Source: Felis catus
Lineage: Eukaryota
Length of the DNA stretch: 64,000 nucleotides
Assembly (NCBI RefSeq): GCF_018350175.1
Contig: NC_058368.1
Coordinates: forward strand, 158,040,001 to 158,104,000
Reading direction: 5' to 3'
The translations under genes were made by a program, and so were the position numbers. Shown here one piece after another: positions 12,334-24,840 of the stretch (position 1 is the first letter of the stretch; the number at the start of each line of letters is the position of its first letter). The notes under the pieces were generated by a model. It saw only the letters and a list, made by a program, of their open reading frames with translations. It was not told the DNA's origin and searched no databases.

Positions 12334-13011
12334 ACTTAAATTTTATTCCAGAAAATCTCTCCCCAGCTACTTAATTCAATAAAGAGATTGATGCTAAAAG
12401 CACATTTACTGTTTAGAACCCATTACAGAAGAATGCTGTCTCTATGTCTCTTACTCCAATACTGATATATGCAGCGGATGACAGAGAGACCATAGCTGTG
12501 ATTCATTTACGAGTATCGTGTCTAAAAGTAATTTTTGTGGCAGCTCAACCACTGAGTGATTTCAGGTTTCTAAATAGATGGTAAAGTACATCAGCGTGAT
12601 TAAATGCACTCCCACAAGAACAAGTGTTTGTTCTCAATATCATCATGTAGCCTGTACAACTCTAATTTGAGAGTCTAGATGTTCAAAAACACCTGTCACA
12701 GTACATTGTACATGATTATGTTTTGTGTGGTGGGATGATGTGTGACAAGCTGAGTCTCTTGACTGAAAAGTAAAATATGAAGTGGCCTCCTTCTTCCAAT
12801 AAGAATTCAACTGCCAAAGTGATTTTTTTCTATTATCAAATAATTTTTAAAGATTAGGTACCAACTTTGCATATTTAGAAAACTTGGTCATTTTATTCCA
12901 GTTGGATGATTTCTGATATAGGTGACTTTGAGGATTCAAATGTAAATTGAGATGAGAACCTCCCTATCTCACTCTAATGGAGCAAATATAATGGTTTGAA
13001 AATACCATACA

Positions 13012-13048
13012 GGAAACCAATTTGACAATAAATTTCATATTAAAAAAA
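13012..13048 (+). mobile_element. Extremely truncated felid L1 3' terminus
   Basis: ggaaaccaatttgacaataaatttcatat is 29/29 identical to the end of the L1 at 45.6 kb and is followed by an A-tail. Confidence 0.85.
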
Positions 13049-16000
13049 TAAAGTAGAAATCCTCTTAGGGTTCTTTCTACACAAAACAAAACAAAGCAAA
13101 ACCAAAAAAGAAAAAAAAAACATACAAATAATGCACACGTATGTATATACATATGATTTACATCAGGTCCTATTTTCTACTTTGGCAATCATATTGTAGT
13201 CTCTTGAAAAATATTTCTGTGAAGGATCATATCTCACATGATAGAAAGGGAGACGAGGGTAAACAAATATATGTATTTTATGTTTGTAGAAATTTTTCAA
13301 GGAAGATAATGTTTAAGTAACTTTAACATTATTAAAAAGAAGGTGTGAATTAAAATGAAAAACACAAGTATCAGTCTTTTATGAATCTATCTTCTTGTTC
13401 TATTTCATTATATCCAAGTCTGCATCATTATATCTCAGGCTTCTTTAGCATGGCCTTCTTTGGCAGGACCCCAAATTCCATACCATGTCCAGCATTCCAC
13501 CCATATCCCAATTCCCAAAGGAGAAAAAAACTAGGTGAAGAGAAGGAAGTATTATCATGTAAGTAAATACACATATACACGCACACACACATGCACATCA
13601 CAGACACACAGATAGAGAGAGGGGCTCTCTGATTTTAGAAATGGTAAAATCATACTGAAACCACATAAATAGACATGTACAGTCTAGTCCTTACAGAAAT
13701 TATGGGTCATAGGTCAAAAATAGTGTTCATGCCCATACACATTACCATGCACTATATATGGCTTTTACCACACTACCACAATAAATAGATAATAAGGTAG
13801 CTAAAATAATAATAAGATAGAATGGAAAGACCAAATGAGCAACATATAAAAATGAAGTCTATTTTAACACAATATTATGTCAATATCTGAGTTCTGGCAT
13901 TCAAATTATGTATATAAATGAAATAGTCAAAATCTACCACATTTTGTAGCATAATGTGTCATCTGGTCTTCAGAGTAGGATACCAAATTTAAGTGCCCAG
14001 TATGCTCTCTTAACACTAATTCATTTTGCAAGTATCAAACTTAAATAACTCTAATAGCTCACCATTAATTTAATCATAAATAGCTTTAAGTCCTAAGTGA
14101 AAATAAGAGTCTTTGGATTTGCATTTCCCTTCATATAAGAACCAAGAAGGGTCTTGCATTTTGAGAGAGTTGTGAAGTATATTGGTAGCCTATGTCCTTG
14201 GAGCTTACTTTACGAGCCATTGGTTACATGCCCAAAGGAAAACTGCATACTTTTTAAAATAGCCATAAATTAGCGCATGCATATGTCACAAATTGTTTGT
14301 CTAGACAGTTTTACACTGTAAGATCTTAGATTCAGTGCCCAGTATCACTGGGTAGGCTGACCTCAGGGCCTTTTCATACAAAAAAACATTATGAAGTTGA
14401 GAAGGGCTTTTGGGTCATCTAGAGAGAATTTTCCTTCCAATAACCCTGCAGCTGGATTAAACACACTCGGAGGTCTTTGTAATTGTATTAGGACCCTACA
14501 GTTACAGTAACTCTAAGTGACTTGACTGATGTCACAGCCGAATTGAAGACAGGTCAAATTGGCACCATTCTGTCACTTCCAAATACCAAATCAGTAATTC
14601 CCAGAATCATATTCCTCAGATATCAGCTGACGGAGAATAGAATATTTGCCAAAATATTTAGCAGGAAATTCACACTGAAACCACACCTCACTTTAAACCT
14701 AAGGTGAGATTGCCATAATATCCCAGATTTCCTCAGTCTCCATCCAAAATTGTGATCTATTTCCTGTTTTTGCAAATGAGTTACCATACAGAAAATAGTC
14801 TTGCTTTAAGTGGCTGAAAAGAGACCTCAGATATGGCCAGAGGAGCTGGTATAACAGGAACTGAGGTGTCTGACATGTTGATATAAAAATGCCTGCTCTA
14901 CATAGACTGGAGAATTTAGGATTGTCACAGGCAATGAAATTTTATTAATCTGGAAAACAGATTGGCTACACAGCATCTGTTTCCAGTAAATTCCTGACTC
15001 TCACCGAATTTTAGAGCTGGCTTGATTGAGATCAAGGGAGCACTTTAAGTTAACCTTTCAAGTTGAGTGTGTGTGTGTAATTTGTATTTGCATATTAGAG
15101 TGGTTAAGTCTTTAAATTTAGCTTACTTTTTTTCTACTGTTTCTCAGAAGTTTAGCTAAGGACACGTTCAACCCTATACCAGCTTTATTCTCGATAAATT
15201 ATCCTCAGCTATTATTTTACTTGTCTGCAATATCTTCCAACCTCTAATGGAGAATAAAATTCTTTGCTTCATTGATGTGCACTCAGAATTTTTAGAGACT
15301 CTGATTAAGGCAGGAGAATGTCTTTAACTCTTCCCCTGGTTTTAGCAGTTTGTTAGGTCTACCAATGAAGCTTACACAGCACCCCTTATCAAAAGGGTCT
15401 GCCACTAGTATGTTCTTTCAACATGGAAAGAAGAAAGAGCTGCCAATAAGTGGAATGAGTTGTTTATATGAGTTCTAAAGAAGAGATACACATAACTGCA
15501 GAACTGCCAGAAAATTCAATATTATGACTAGATCCAATCTAGAAGGATAGCAGATATAAGGGAACCTGCCTCAATTCTTCCCTCCCCCGTGTACAGGAGA
15601 CATCTTTAATCCATCACAGCTTTCTTTGCATTGCCAGCTCTATGGAGACAGGGATTGATTGTTTGATTGATTGATTGATTTTGCTCTTTCGTGTGTGGTG
15701 GATTTCTAGGACCCAGAATATTACCTGATGTATTCACATAATATAAATTCTATAAATAAGTGTTGAATAAATGGAATGAATGACTCAGATGCAGCTTCAG
15801 AATTTTATGCAACACAACACTCTAGACCGTCAAGATGAAGTCTATTTACTATCCTTGGATTCTGGATTCTTGCATACTGTGTCTGTATGCCAGGACCCAG
15901 AATATGGAATCAGCAAATTGCTAGCTCACAAAGCAGATATCTCTAGTATCTCTTCTGGTTCTAATCTACCCCACATGATGACTCTAGAGAAATACTAAGG

Positions 16001-16058
16001 TTGGTGATTCTAATATAAGAGGGCATGTTGCAAATATAAACAACTCAGATCTGGTCAC

Positions 16059-16503
16059 TATGTTGCATTCCTGAGACTGCCATAATAAATTACCACCAAC
16101 TGCATCTGGCCTAAAACAATAGAAGTGTATACTATCTCATATCTGGAGACTATATATCTGAAATCAAGATGTCTGCAGTACCATACTATCTCTGAAGGCT
16201 CTAATAGGGAATGCTTCCTTGCTTCTTTCAGCTTTTGGAGGCACCAGGTATCCCTTGGCTCGTAACAGCATAACTCCAATCTCTGCTTCCATCATCACAG
16301 GCCTCCTTCCCTGCCTGTGTCTTTGTGTCCAAGTCTCCCTCTCCATTCTCTTATACAGTCACTAGTCATTGGATTTAGGGCCTGCCCAAATCTTAACTTG
16401 ATTATATCTACAAAAATCCTATTTCCAAATAAGGTCACATTCACAGGTGCTAGGGGTCATGATTAGAACATGACTTTTTAGGAACACAATTCAACCCACT
16501 CTA
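16059..16503 (-). mobile_element. MaLR solo LTR (MLT1C-like)
   Basis: cctatttccaaataaggtcacattcacagg...acacaattcaaccc; perfect 5-bp TSD gtcac (16054-16058, 16504-16508). Confidence 0.92.
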
Positions 16504-16619
16504 GTCACTGTCTTCTTGGAACCTACAACTAAGAGTAAAGATACAGATAAGTAGATAGAAAATTACAACTAGATGATGTGTTTTCATAAAGGAAGCAAAA
16601 GGCCAAATTGCCTAAGGCG

Positions 16620-17080
16620 CTCCAAATTGCACTCAATAGCACATAACAGAAATATGACAGCAGTTGCTTAACTAAATAGAGATTTATTCATATTATATAA
16701 GACATTGGAAGTAGGCAATTCACATCTGGTGCAACTGCTCATGAAGTCATTGAGAACCCAGATTCACTCTGGTTTCTTTCTCTTCCAGTGTGGCTCTTGT
16801 TCTCATGGCTACATAATGTGTGCTTCAATGCCAGATGTCAGGTCTTCATTACAGGTAAAAAGGGAAGGAGAAGGGAAAGAAGCATTTGTGAACTGAGACT
16901 GACCGTTTATATTCTGGAGGCCCCACCTGGGAGACTTCTACTTATAATTCTTTGGCCAGGACTGAATCACATAGCCATTCATAGTTTCAGAGAGTCTAAG
17001 GAGGTGACTAGTACTAACTGGGAACACACTGGTCTTTGCAAAATTGGAGTTTTGTTAGTGATGTACAAGTGAGTAGATTT
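16620..17080 (-). mobile_element. Old MaLR LTR (MLT1I/J-like)
   Basis: gacttctacttataattctttggccaggactgaatcacatagcca; ggagttttgttagt. Confidence 0.65.
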
Positions 17081-17354
17081 TGAAAAAAAAAAAAAAAACC
17101 TGTCCCTATGATAGAGAAATGCCAAAATGGAGACTCAAAGTATAAATAAGGGTCTCCCAGGCCTGAAAGCCGGGAGGGGTTCTCCAGACAGAGGGTAGAA
17201 TATTTATACAGGTCTGGAAGTGAGATAGAGACAAGAAAGAAAAGATGAAAGACTTTAATTATGTCTGAACTGCAGGAAACAAGGTGGGAAGTCACACTAA
17301 GAGATGAATCTAGGGAGAAAAGTCATGGTCAAATCCTAAAAGTTCCTGTAAGCC

Positions 17355-17850
17355 ATATGTATCATGTAGGGCTCTTGGATACAATTCAAAACCAGCTTTG
17401 GCAGAAGTTTTAAGCAGAAAATGAAAGCATTAAAATGTTCTTGGGTAGCTCACAGAACTTTCCAGACCTGAAGGACCATGTAGTGCTGCACTGTCAGGAA
17501 GAAAGTCCAAATTGTGATGCAAAAGTGATCATTGATGCTGCCACTGCCACCACTGCTAAGCATCAACCCCAGTGGACACAGGATACTGTCACCAAAACCC
17601 CTACTTCTGGGCCCTGAAAATTCCCCCCACCTGGAACTTCTTTACTATCCACAGCTGTGTCATCTCCCAGCTCAAATTCTTTGAAGGAGGTCTTGAGGTT
17701 CAGGCTGTCATGTGTCTAAATTCTAGCTTGCAAGGAAGCTAAATATTTGGCATGTTTTATTTCTGACACAAGAAGTGCCTCTTTCTCTCCCCAAGATACT
17801 CCCCCAAATGTAGGAAGAAGCTTCATGTGCTGGGCAACCAAAATGGCCAA
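17355..17850 (-). mobile_element. Old MaLR LTR relic (MLT1L/M-like)
   Basis: taagcagaaaa...ttgggtagctcacagaa motif; weak match. Confidence 0.4.
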
Positions 17851-18106
17851 GGGATTCTATGAAATAACAGAAAGAAAGTGCAGGGAGTATGTGAGAGAAA
17901 GGAAGAAGACTGTGGTCAAAAAGGGGGACATTTGAATTTAAGACGAGGAACTAGTTTTGAGGTATAGCTAGGGTCTTGTTCTCAGGGAATGACTTTGAAT
18001 AGGAGATGGTGTTAAAAAGGAGACCAGAAACTGGACGGTCTGGATCACGCCAGACTGCCTTGTGGAATGAGACAAATAGCTATGATATTTATTCTTTCTG
18101 TGCCTG

Positions 18107-18109
<3 letters not shown>

Positions 18110-18148
<39 letters not shown>
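18110..18148. repeat. poly(A) tract (39 nt)
   Basis: Direct reading. Confidence 0.95.
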
Positions 18149-18150
<2 letters not shown>

Positions 18151-18946
18151 AGAAGAAAATCTGTGTTGTTGGGTGAGAAGAGACCAGGAGGTAAGCCCTC
18201 ACCTGCTCTCTGCCCTTTGGCTGGTGCTACTGGGCCAAAAGCAGCAGACATTTACTCCCCATGGCAGGACAAATGCTCAGTACTCCATCTCTGTCCTTGT
18301 CCCCAAAGTTGTCTTAAATACAACTGGTCTGTGGGGAAACGAAGCACCAGGACTGAGTAGCTGGGGACATAACCTGGATCACACCTCCCAGGCTTTATCT
18401 CTCATAGCAGAATCTGCATCTCACATGAGTTCATGGGGATTTATTACCATGGCACTTTGCTCCCTCTGCCCCTAAGGAACTGAAGTCTCTAAATCCCACT
18501 AAGATTAAGTCCCAGCTCTAGTTGCAGGAAGACATAAATAATGAAAATCTCTAGATATTCTCCTTTCCATCTCACACCAAATCTTAAGAAAGTAACCTGG
18601 ATAATACCTTTTTTAGCAGCTTTCAGGTCCGGCAGTTTTTCTTGTTAAACAGTAAACCTGTTAACCTGTAAAGAAGGTTAAAAGGGCCAAGTGCTCCAGG
18701 GTTGCTAGGTGGAGGAGCACCTGCAGAAGAGGTCAGGAGGTCACCCTATTGACCATACAGAATACCTTGACATATTCACTTGGGTCCTGTATGACAAGCA
18801 GGGGTCCTGGAAGTTCCTGCACCTTCCAGGGAGGTGATATGGATTGGTAAAGATTTGGGAATAAAATAAGATGCTGCTGCAAAAAAGAGTGTAAAACAAG
18901 AGGCATGTGCCTAGGACTATAACTCCATGAGTAATTGGAAGCTTAC

Positions 18947-19021
18947 CTTCTTGACTGGCCAAATTGAACCAGTTGCATGCAGCACAGGGGTCACCGGTGT
19001 AGGTAAAGAGCAGAACAGGAG
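18947..19021 (-). other. Candidate 75-nt exon
   Basis: Acceptor cctcatttccctctgctatag| and donor GAAG|gtaagc in unique sequence; no transcript evidence. Confidence 0.3.
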
Positions 19022-21344
19022 CTATAGCAGAGGGAAATGAGGATCCAGTGGACAGTCAGTGGATCTAAGACTCTGGCTACTCATGCATTAGGGACACAGG
19101 TAGTTTCCCTTCATATACAGAATTCCATTGCTTCATCTTGGGCAAGAAAAATGAGTCATCCAGAAGTGGCCATTTTTTAAACCCTTCTTCCTGCAGTTGA
19201 ACATTAAGAAAAGAGGCCTTTTAAACTACAGGGAGCTAAAATACTAATGACTAGCAAGTCCTTTCCCAGGTGGTGAGAACCTCATAAGGAAAACCAGGTC
19301 AGCCATAGGAAATAAAGAAACTGCGTTTTTGGTGCACATTTAAGGTTAGAGTGAGTAAATTTTAGATATAAACACATTTTGCATTAAAAATTATTTTTGT
19401 TGATTGATTTCATGCCTAGGGCTTTTTGCTTTTATTAATAGATGGCACCAAATTTATTTTCCCCCATGTTTATGCTTGTTTGTGTGACTTGATTATCTCT
19501 TAACAATGTTAACTTGAGAAAGTATCATAGTTACATGATGCCAAGTTGACCAGTTATCATCACTTCTAGCAACACTTCTGAAGTAATGTTAGCAATTATC
19601 CAGAAAGATATTTTAGTCAGAGCCATGGTCCAGAGTTCCTAAAGCCAGAGACAGAACAGTATCACTCTTTACTTCCCAATTCTTATTCTTTACATTGTTC
19701 CCAAACACTTGAAACATTTTTAAATGAAAGCTCCAAGGAAAATTATAAACACATTTCAAAAATATCATTTCTTTGACTAGCCCCTTTTCTATACTTACTC
19801 TGAAAGACTGCCCATGTGGGTATCCCTTGAGACAATCTTATATCCATGGCAAATTAGTCCAACTTCCAATAGACAAGAAGATAATTATGCAGTTTTATAC
19901 CTTTCTTTCCTTTCTTATTCTCTCTAGCATGCAAATGCATGCACACACTCTGATAACACATCTTCCTGCATATACACTTCATAGTTGCCTCAAAATAATT
20001 GGACAGCACTTGTCTTAGTGTAGAAAGAAACATTTTTTAATGTCAGTTGTGATGTGGACAGCTGAAAAGAAGTCTCTTCTCAGGGCCTTTTAATTATGTC
20101 GAGATCCCACCTAGACTTTAATTCTCTATTTCCTTCACAGTTGTTAATCTAGTAACTGAAAGATCAATGTGTCCAAAACCCAAAAGTTTTCAGTCTTAGC
20201 AAATGCAAAAGACTACTTTTTGTGTTTCATAAGGCAAGCTTGTACAAAATCTGCTGATAATTTGTAGGACTCATTTAATTTAAATGGGTTACTTATTTTA
20301 TCAGTTTAATGAGATTTTTTTTATCATCTATCAGTTGATAGAGATGTAGAGGTAGAAAGAGATAGAGATAGAGATAAAGATAGAGCTATGCACACAGAGA
20401 CACAATGTAAGGATCTCTAGACTCCACTCTGTGTGCGTAGCCCATTCATTTCTTCTTTTTACTTTCGTAATTGATTCATCAGCCCCGGTTAAGTAGTGTC
20501 TTTTTATAAAATAGTTACTTCTTGGGATAAGTCAGCAACCATCTTCACAATTTGCTTTCACAGACATTATTATCAGCAATTACTCCCACAATAGCCACCA
20601 TTATATTTTGATCCATAGTGTTTCAACATCCAATGATGGTGTTTAGTGTCCCTAGGCTGGTGGTACAGGATGTATATGCTCTCAGTGCAACTTCTGGGCT
20701 ATTTTTAGAGATGTTAGCACAAAACTCTGCATGTCCTTTTACCCTAGTCATCATTATCCGATCATTTCTTTTGCAGGTGAGAATATTCATTTTCTCTCAC
20801 CAATTTGATTCAATTATCCAGGTTGCAAGTACCAGATTGGAACATATAATCAAGGGTTCTAAAAAGGGTTCTATAAAGGGCATCAGAGAGGATGTGATAG
20901 TGGGAGGGTAGAAAGGCTTGTTGATTTTTCTCATCAAGCAAGGCTTGTAAGATGGCACTTTCAGACAAGAAGTTGGAGTTAATAACTAGGCTAGAAGACA
21001 GTGGGATCCAAAGAATTTGTACTCCCCAGAGTCACAAACCAAATGTTTAAATACCTATTTCCATGCCCCTGATCCACAGTGCTAATTTAAGCATTTCTTT
21101 TTAAGCAATGATACAAGTGTATTTCCCAGATCATTGATTACTTTAGGCAGTCAAATATTTCACTTTTTTCTTAATAGAGTTAAATCATTAATATTGTCTA
21201 AAATCTCACATTTTTATGACTTTTACTGTAATTTGCCTTATCAAAATAAAGTCCTTAATTCCCCCCTCACCTCCTTATCTCTAAATAAATGAGTATGTTA
21301 TCTATCCTAGAAACATAAGGATAGGAACTAATAATATAAATATC

Positions 21345-21363
21345 ATATATATCTCTATATATG

Positions 21364-21411
<48 letters not shown>

Positions 21412-21414
21412 TAT
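21345..21414. repeat. (TA)n(GA)n compound microsatellite
   Basis: Direct reading. Confidence 0.95.
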
Positions 21415-21999
21415 CCAGAGATCCCAGCTAGACTTCAATATATATTATCTCCAGTAACATAAAATAAAAAACTAATGTGAAAAACTAATAAAAAATAAGT
21501 ATATTTTGTGCCTCATTTTACTTTACTAAATTTATGTATCTTAAAATTACACATCAATTGAAATGAAGCATATTTGATATAAAATACACATTGGCCAAAT
21601 TGTAGGATTGAGGTACAAAATGAAAATTACCCAGTTATTTGTTTCTAGTCTTCTTGTCACGCTCACTTGGTTTTCTGTGTTATCTCTTTTCTGGAAAGTG
21701 AGTGGTTCCTACTATTGGCCAAGGCAAACCTTCACATCCTTTTACTCTTTGTTGTTTTAGTTGGTTAATTATTTGAGTGTGTTGCATATTGTGCTTAATA
21801 TACCTACACATAGTCATTAAGAAACTACAGTAAAACAGACTAACATCAAGTGGAAAGAATATTCTGTCTTATTTCCAACATCTTAATTTATTTAAAACAT
21901 TTATCCAATAAGAATGTACTCACTGAATAATTAACACATGCCATTGAGCATGACAGGTGACAATGATGTATTAAGAAGGGTTTCACACTCCAGAAATCA

Positions 22000-22190
22000 T
22001 AAAATAAATACTGACATTGGAGTTAAAGCCCAAGTTGGCTACTGAATAGCTAGATGACCATAGATAGGCTTCAGTTTCTTCCCTATTAAACAGGGGGAGT
22101 AAAGATTACCTCATGGGATTGTTGATAGAACCAACTGACCACATGAAGTAATACATAAAGCATGATTGGTGATAATAATAAAGGAGGTAA
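22000..22190 (+). mobile_element. MIR relic
   Basis: gcttcagtttcttccctattaaacaggg...tacctcatgggattgttg. Confidence 0.7.
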
Positions 22191-22570
22191 GAAGGGAAAT
22201 AAAATGCTAATTGGGTGTAACTGTGGTAACAGGAGAATAGTAGAAATCATAGTAAGAAGTGAGCACTGGGAAGGATCCACATGGTATAGGATATCCGTCT
22301 ATGGAACCCAAGCCAAGTTCTCAAGCCACCTGGGGGAAGACTGCATTTAGAAGCCTACATACAGACATCTGCCTATTGTAATCTCCTCCTGGTGTCTTGG
22401 AGACCTCATCTCTTTAGTGGACTGAAAGCTCAGGGGTCATTGTTGACAAAAGAACTCATATTGTTGGTGGCTGCTTCTGGATTTGATTGTCTATTTTATT
22501 AAATCACCAGCCAGTCAACTTATCTACACTAGTTCAACAGAAGTCCTTGAAAGTAAGTATGCATAGTGAG

Positions 22571-23126
22571 GATATCTTTTTTTCTGATTTATTTCACCTA
22601 GCATTATTCTTTTTTATTTTGTTAAGTTTTTTATTTTAATTCCAGTATTGTTAACATTCTATTAGTTTCAGGTGTACAGTATGGTAATGCAACAATTCTA
22701 TACATTGTTCAATGCTTATCATGATAAGTGTACTCTTTAATCCCCATCACCTATTTCACCCATCCCCCCACCTACCTCCTCTCCGGTAACCATCAGTTTG
22801 TCCTCTACAGTCAAGAGTCTATTTCTTGGTTTGTCTCTCTCTCTCTTTTTCCCCCCTTTGTTTATTTGTTTTGTTTCTTTTTTTAAATGTATATTTATTT
22901 TGACAGAGAGACAGAGTGCAAGAGGGGGAAGGGCAGAGAGAGAGGGAGACACAGAATCTGAAGCAGGCTTCAGGCTCTGAGATGTCAGCACAGAACTCGA
23001 TACGGGGCTCGAGCCCACGAACAGTTCTCACTGTTCTCATGACCTGAGCCGAAGTCGGATGCTTAACCAACTGAGCCACCCAGGTGCCCCTATTAGTTTT
23101 GTTTCTTAAATTCCCCATATGAGTGA
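22571..23126 (-). mobile_element. Carnivore L1 3' UTR fragment (apparently rearranged) with nested SINE
   Basis: ttagtttcaggtgtacag...tccccatcacctatttcacccatccc...ggtaaccatcagtttg...ttccccatatgagtga. Confidence 0.9.
22880..23090 (-). mobile_element. Can-SINE nested in L1
   Basis: TSD tatt(t/a)gttttgtttctt at 22863-22879 and 23091-23107. Confidence 0.96.
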
Positions 23127-23187
23127 AGATATTTTTGGAGAAAGTAGCTGTGAAGTTAGCCTTTGAAATTTAATTATTGAAAGATTT

Positions 23188-23405
23188 GGGATGCCTGGGT
23201 GGCTCAGTCAGTTAAGTGTCCAACTCTTGGTTTTGGCTTAGGTCATGATTTCACAATTTCGTGGGTTCAAGCCCTGCGTTGGACTCTGTGCTAGAAGTAT
23301 GGAGCCTGCTTGGCATTCTTTCTCTCTCCCTCTCTCTCTGCCCCTCCCCCACACATGCTGTCCCTGTCTCTCTCAAATTAAATAAAGAAAGAAAAAAAAA
23401 AAAAA
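23188..23405 (+). mobile_element. Can-SINE (first of a tandem pair)
   Basis: gggatgcctgggtggctcagtcagttaag head, (CT)-rich segment, A-tail. Confidence 0.95.
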
Positions 23406-23406
23406 G

Positions 23407-23626
23407 AGGGGTGTCCGGGTGGCATAGTCTATTAAGTGTCCAACTTGAGCTCAGATCATGCTCTCATGGCTCATGAGTTCCAGCCCCATGTTGGGCTCTG
23501 TGCTTACAGCTCAAAGCCTGGAGCCTGCTTCAGATTCTGTCACCAGCTCTCTCTGCCCCTCCTCCACTGGCGCTCATTCTCTCTCTCTCACTTTCAAATA
23601 TAAATAAATATTAAAAAAGAAAAAAG
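23407..23626 (+). mobile_element. Can-SINE (second of the pair, felid type)
   Basis: cagctcaaagcctggagcctgcttcagattc; the outer TSD gaaagatttgg encloses both SINEs. Confidence 0.95.
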
Positions 23627-23719
23627 GAAAGATTTGGTGAGTAACTACCATTTGCCAGACGCCCTTACATCCTGTGGAGGTAGAGGAAAATTATAATAAA
23701 ATATAGGAGGAAAAATACA

Positions 23720-24840
23720 GCAGAGGCCTAAAGGAAGAATAATAGCTTACCAGGCAAAGAAGAAGGCAAGTGTACTCCAGGCAGCAGGAGAAGCATGTAC
23801 AGTTCCTCCAAGGTGAGGGAAAGCTGGGGGAAAACTCTGGCAAGGGTGGTCAGTGGGTGTTGGAGTTATTAGAAGAGGCTGGAAAATTAAGAAGCCACTA
23901 AAACAAGCAGCCAATTGTAAGTTATATTATAGAGTTTGCGTTTTGTCCTAAGGGCTTTTGAAAGACAATAATGGTTTTAAGTGTGCAAGAAAACATGATC
24001 AGACTTGTAGGAAAGAAAGTTGACTCTGTCTGCAGGGCAGAGTGTGGGTTGTAGGGAATTAAGACAGGAGTTAGAACAACTAGGAAACTCATGGGGAGTC
24101 TATCCAGAGAAATTTGCTGGCCTGGACTGAGGTAGTACAATGGAAATGGGAAGAAGGGAATTGAATCTAGAAACCAGGTAAGGAGAAATCCAGGTTGAAT
24201 CCTAGTAAACTGTTTTAAAACATTATGCATACAGAGCATGGGAAGAATCTGTTTGGAGTGGTTGAGGTTAGAAGAAAGAAGATGAATTCAATTCTGGACA
24301 AAGGTGTCTTTTTAGTGCCTGCAATACATCTAGGTTAATATGTGCTCTAGACCATTGTACCAATAGATCTGGCACTCCAGCAAGTAGGCTTAACTGGAGA
24401 TAAAAATATGAAATTATTGACATTTAATGGGAATGAAAGTTATGTGGATGGATGAGATCACCCAGAGAAAGTGAGAGAATATCCTGGGAATGAACTTTGA
24501 GCAATAATTACATGTATGAAATGAGCAAAGGTGAAGAACTTCACAAAGAAGACCAAGAAGTAATTAAAGAGGTAGGAAGAAAAACAAATATTGTGGTGCC
24601 ATGGAAACCAAGAGAAGAGGGTATTTTAGAAAGGACAGGGTGGTCTAAACTTTCAAGTTTCACAGAGAAGTTATCATTGACCTTTTGAAAGCACTTTGGG
24701 TGAAATGGAACAGGCATAAGTCAAATTAAAAGAGAGCAGATTAGAGAGGGTGTGGAGCAAATGGAAGTTGTGGGAATATCTCTCTTAAGAGCTTTGGCCA
24801 TGAAGGGGAAAAATTAATTAGGGCAGTAGTTAGGGTGGGA
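23720..24840 (-). mobile_element. L2 LINE relic (about 1.1 kb)
   Basis: Purine-rich antisense L2 motifs (tggatgagatcacccagagaaagtg; tgtggtgccatggaaaccaagagaaga). Confidence 0.8.

Noticed and set aside
12437..12490. Imperfect inverted repeat gtctctatgtc / gacagagagac
   Set aside because: An 11-bp low-complexity stem with a loop of about 30 nt; not a convincing pre-miRNA.
20580..20911. ORF-bearing unique segment resembling a possible retrocopy
   Set aside because: No recognisable protein similarity on either strand, no poly(A) and no TSD.
24128..24140. TGAGGTAGTA let-7-like 10-mer
   Set aside because: It lies within an L2 relic; the rest of let-7 and a precursor hairpin are missing.
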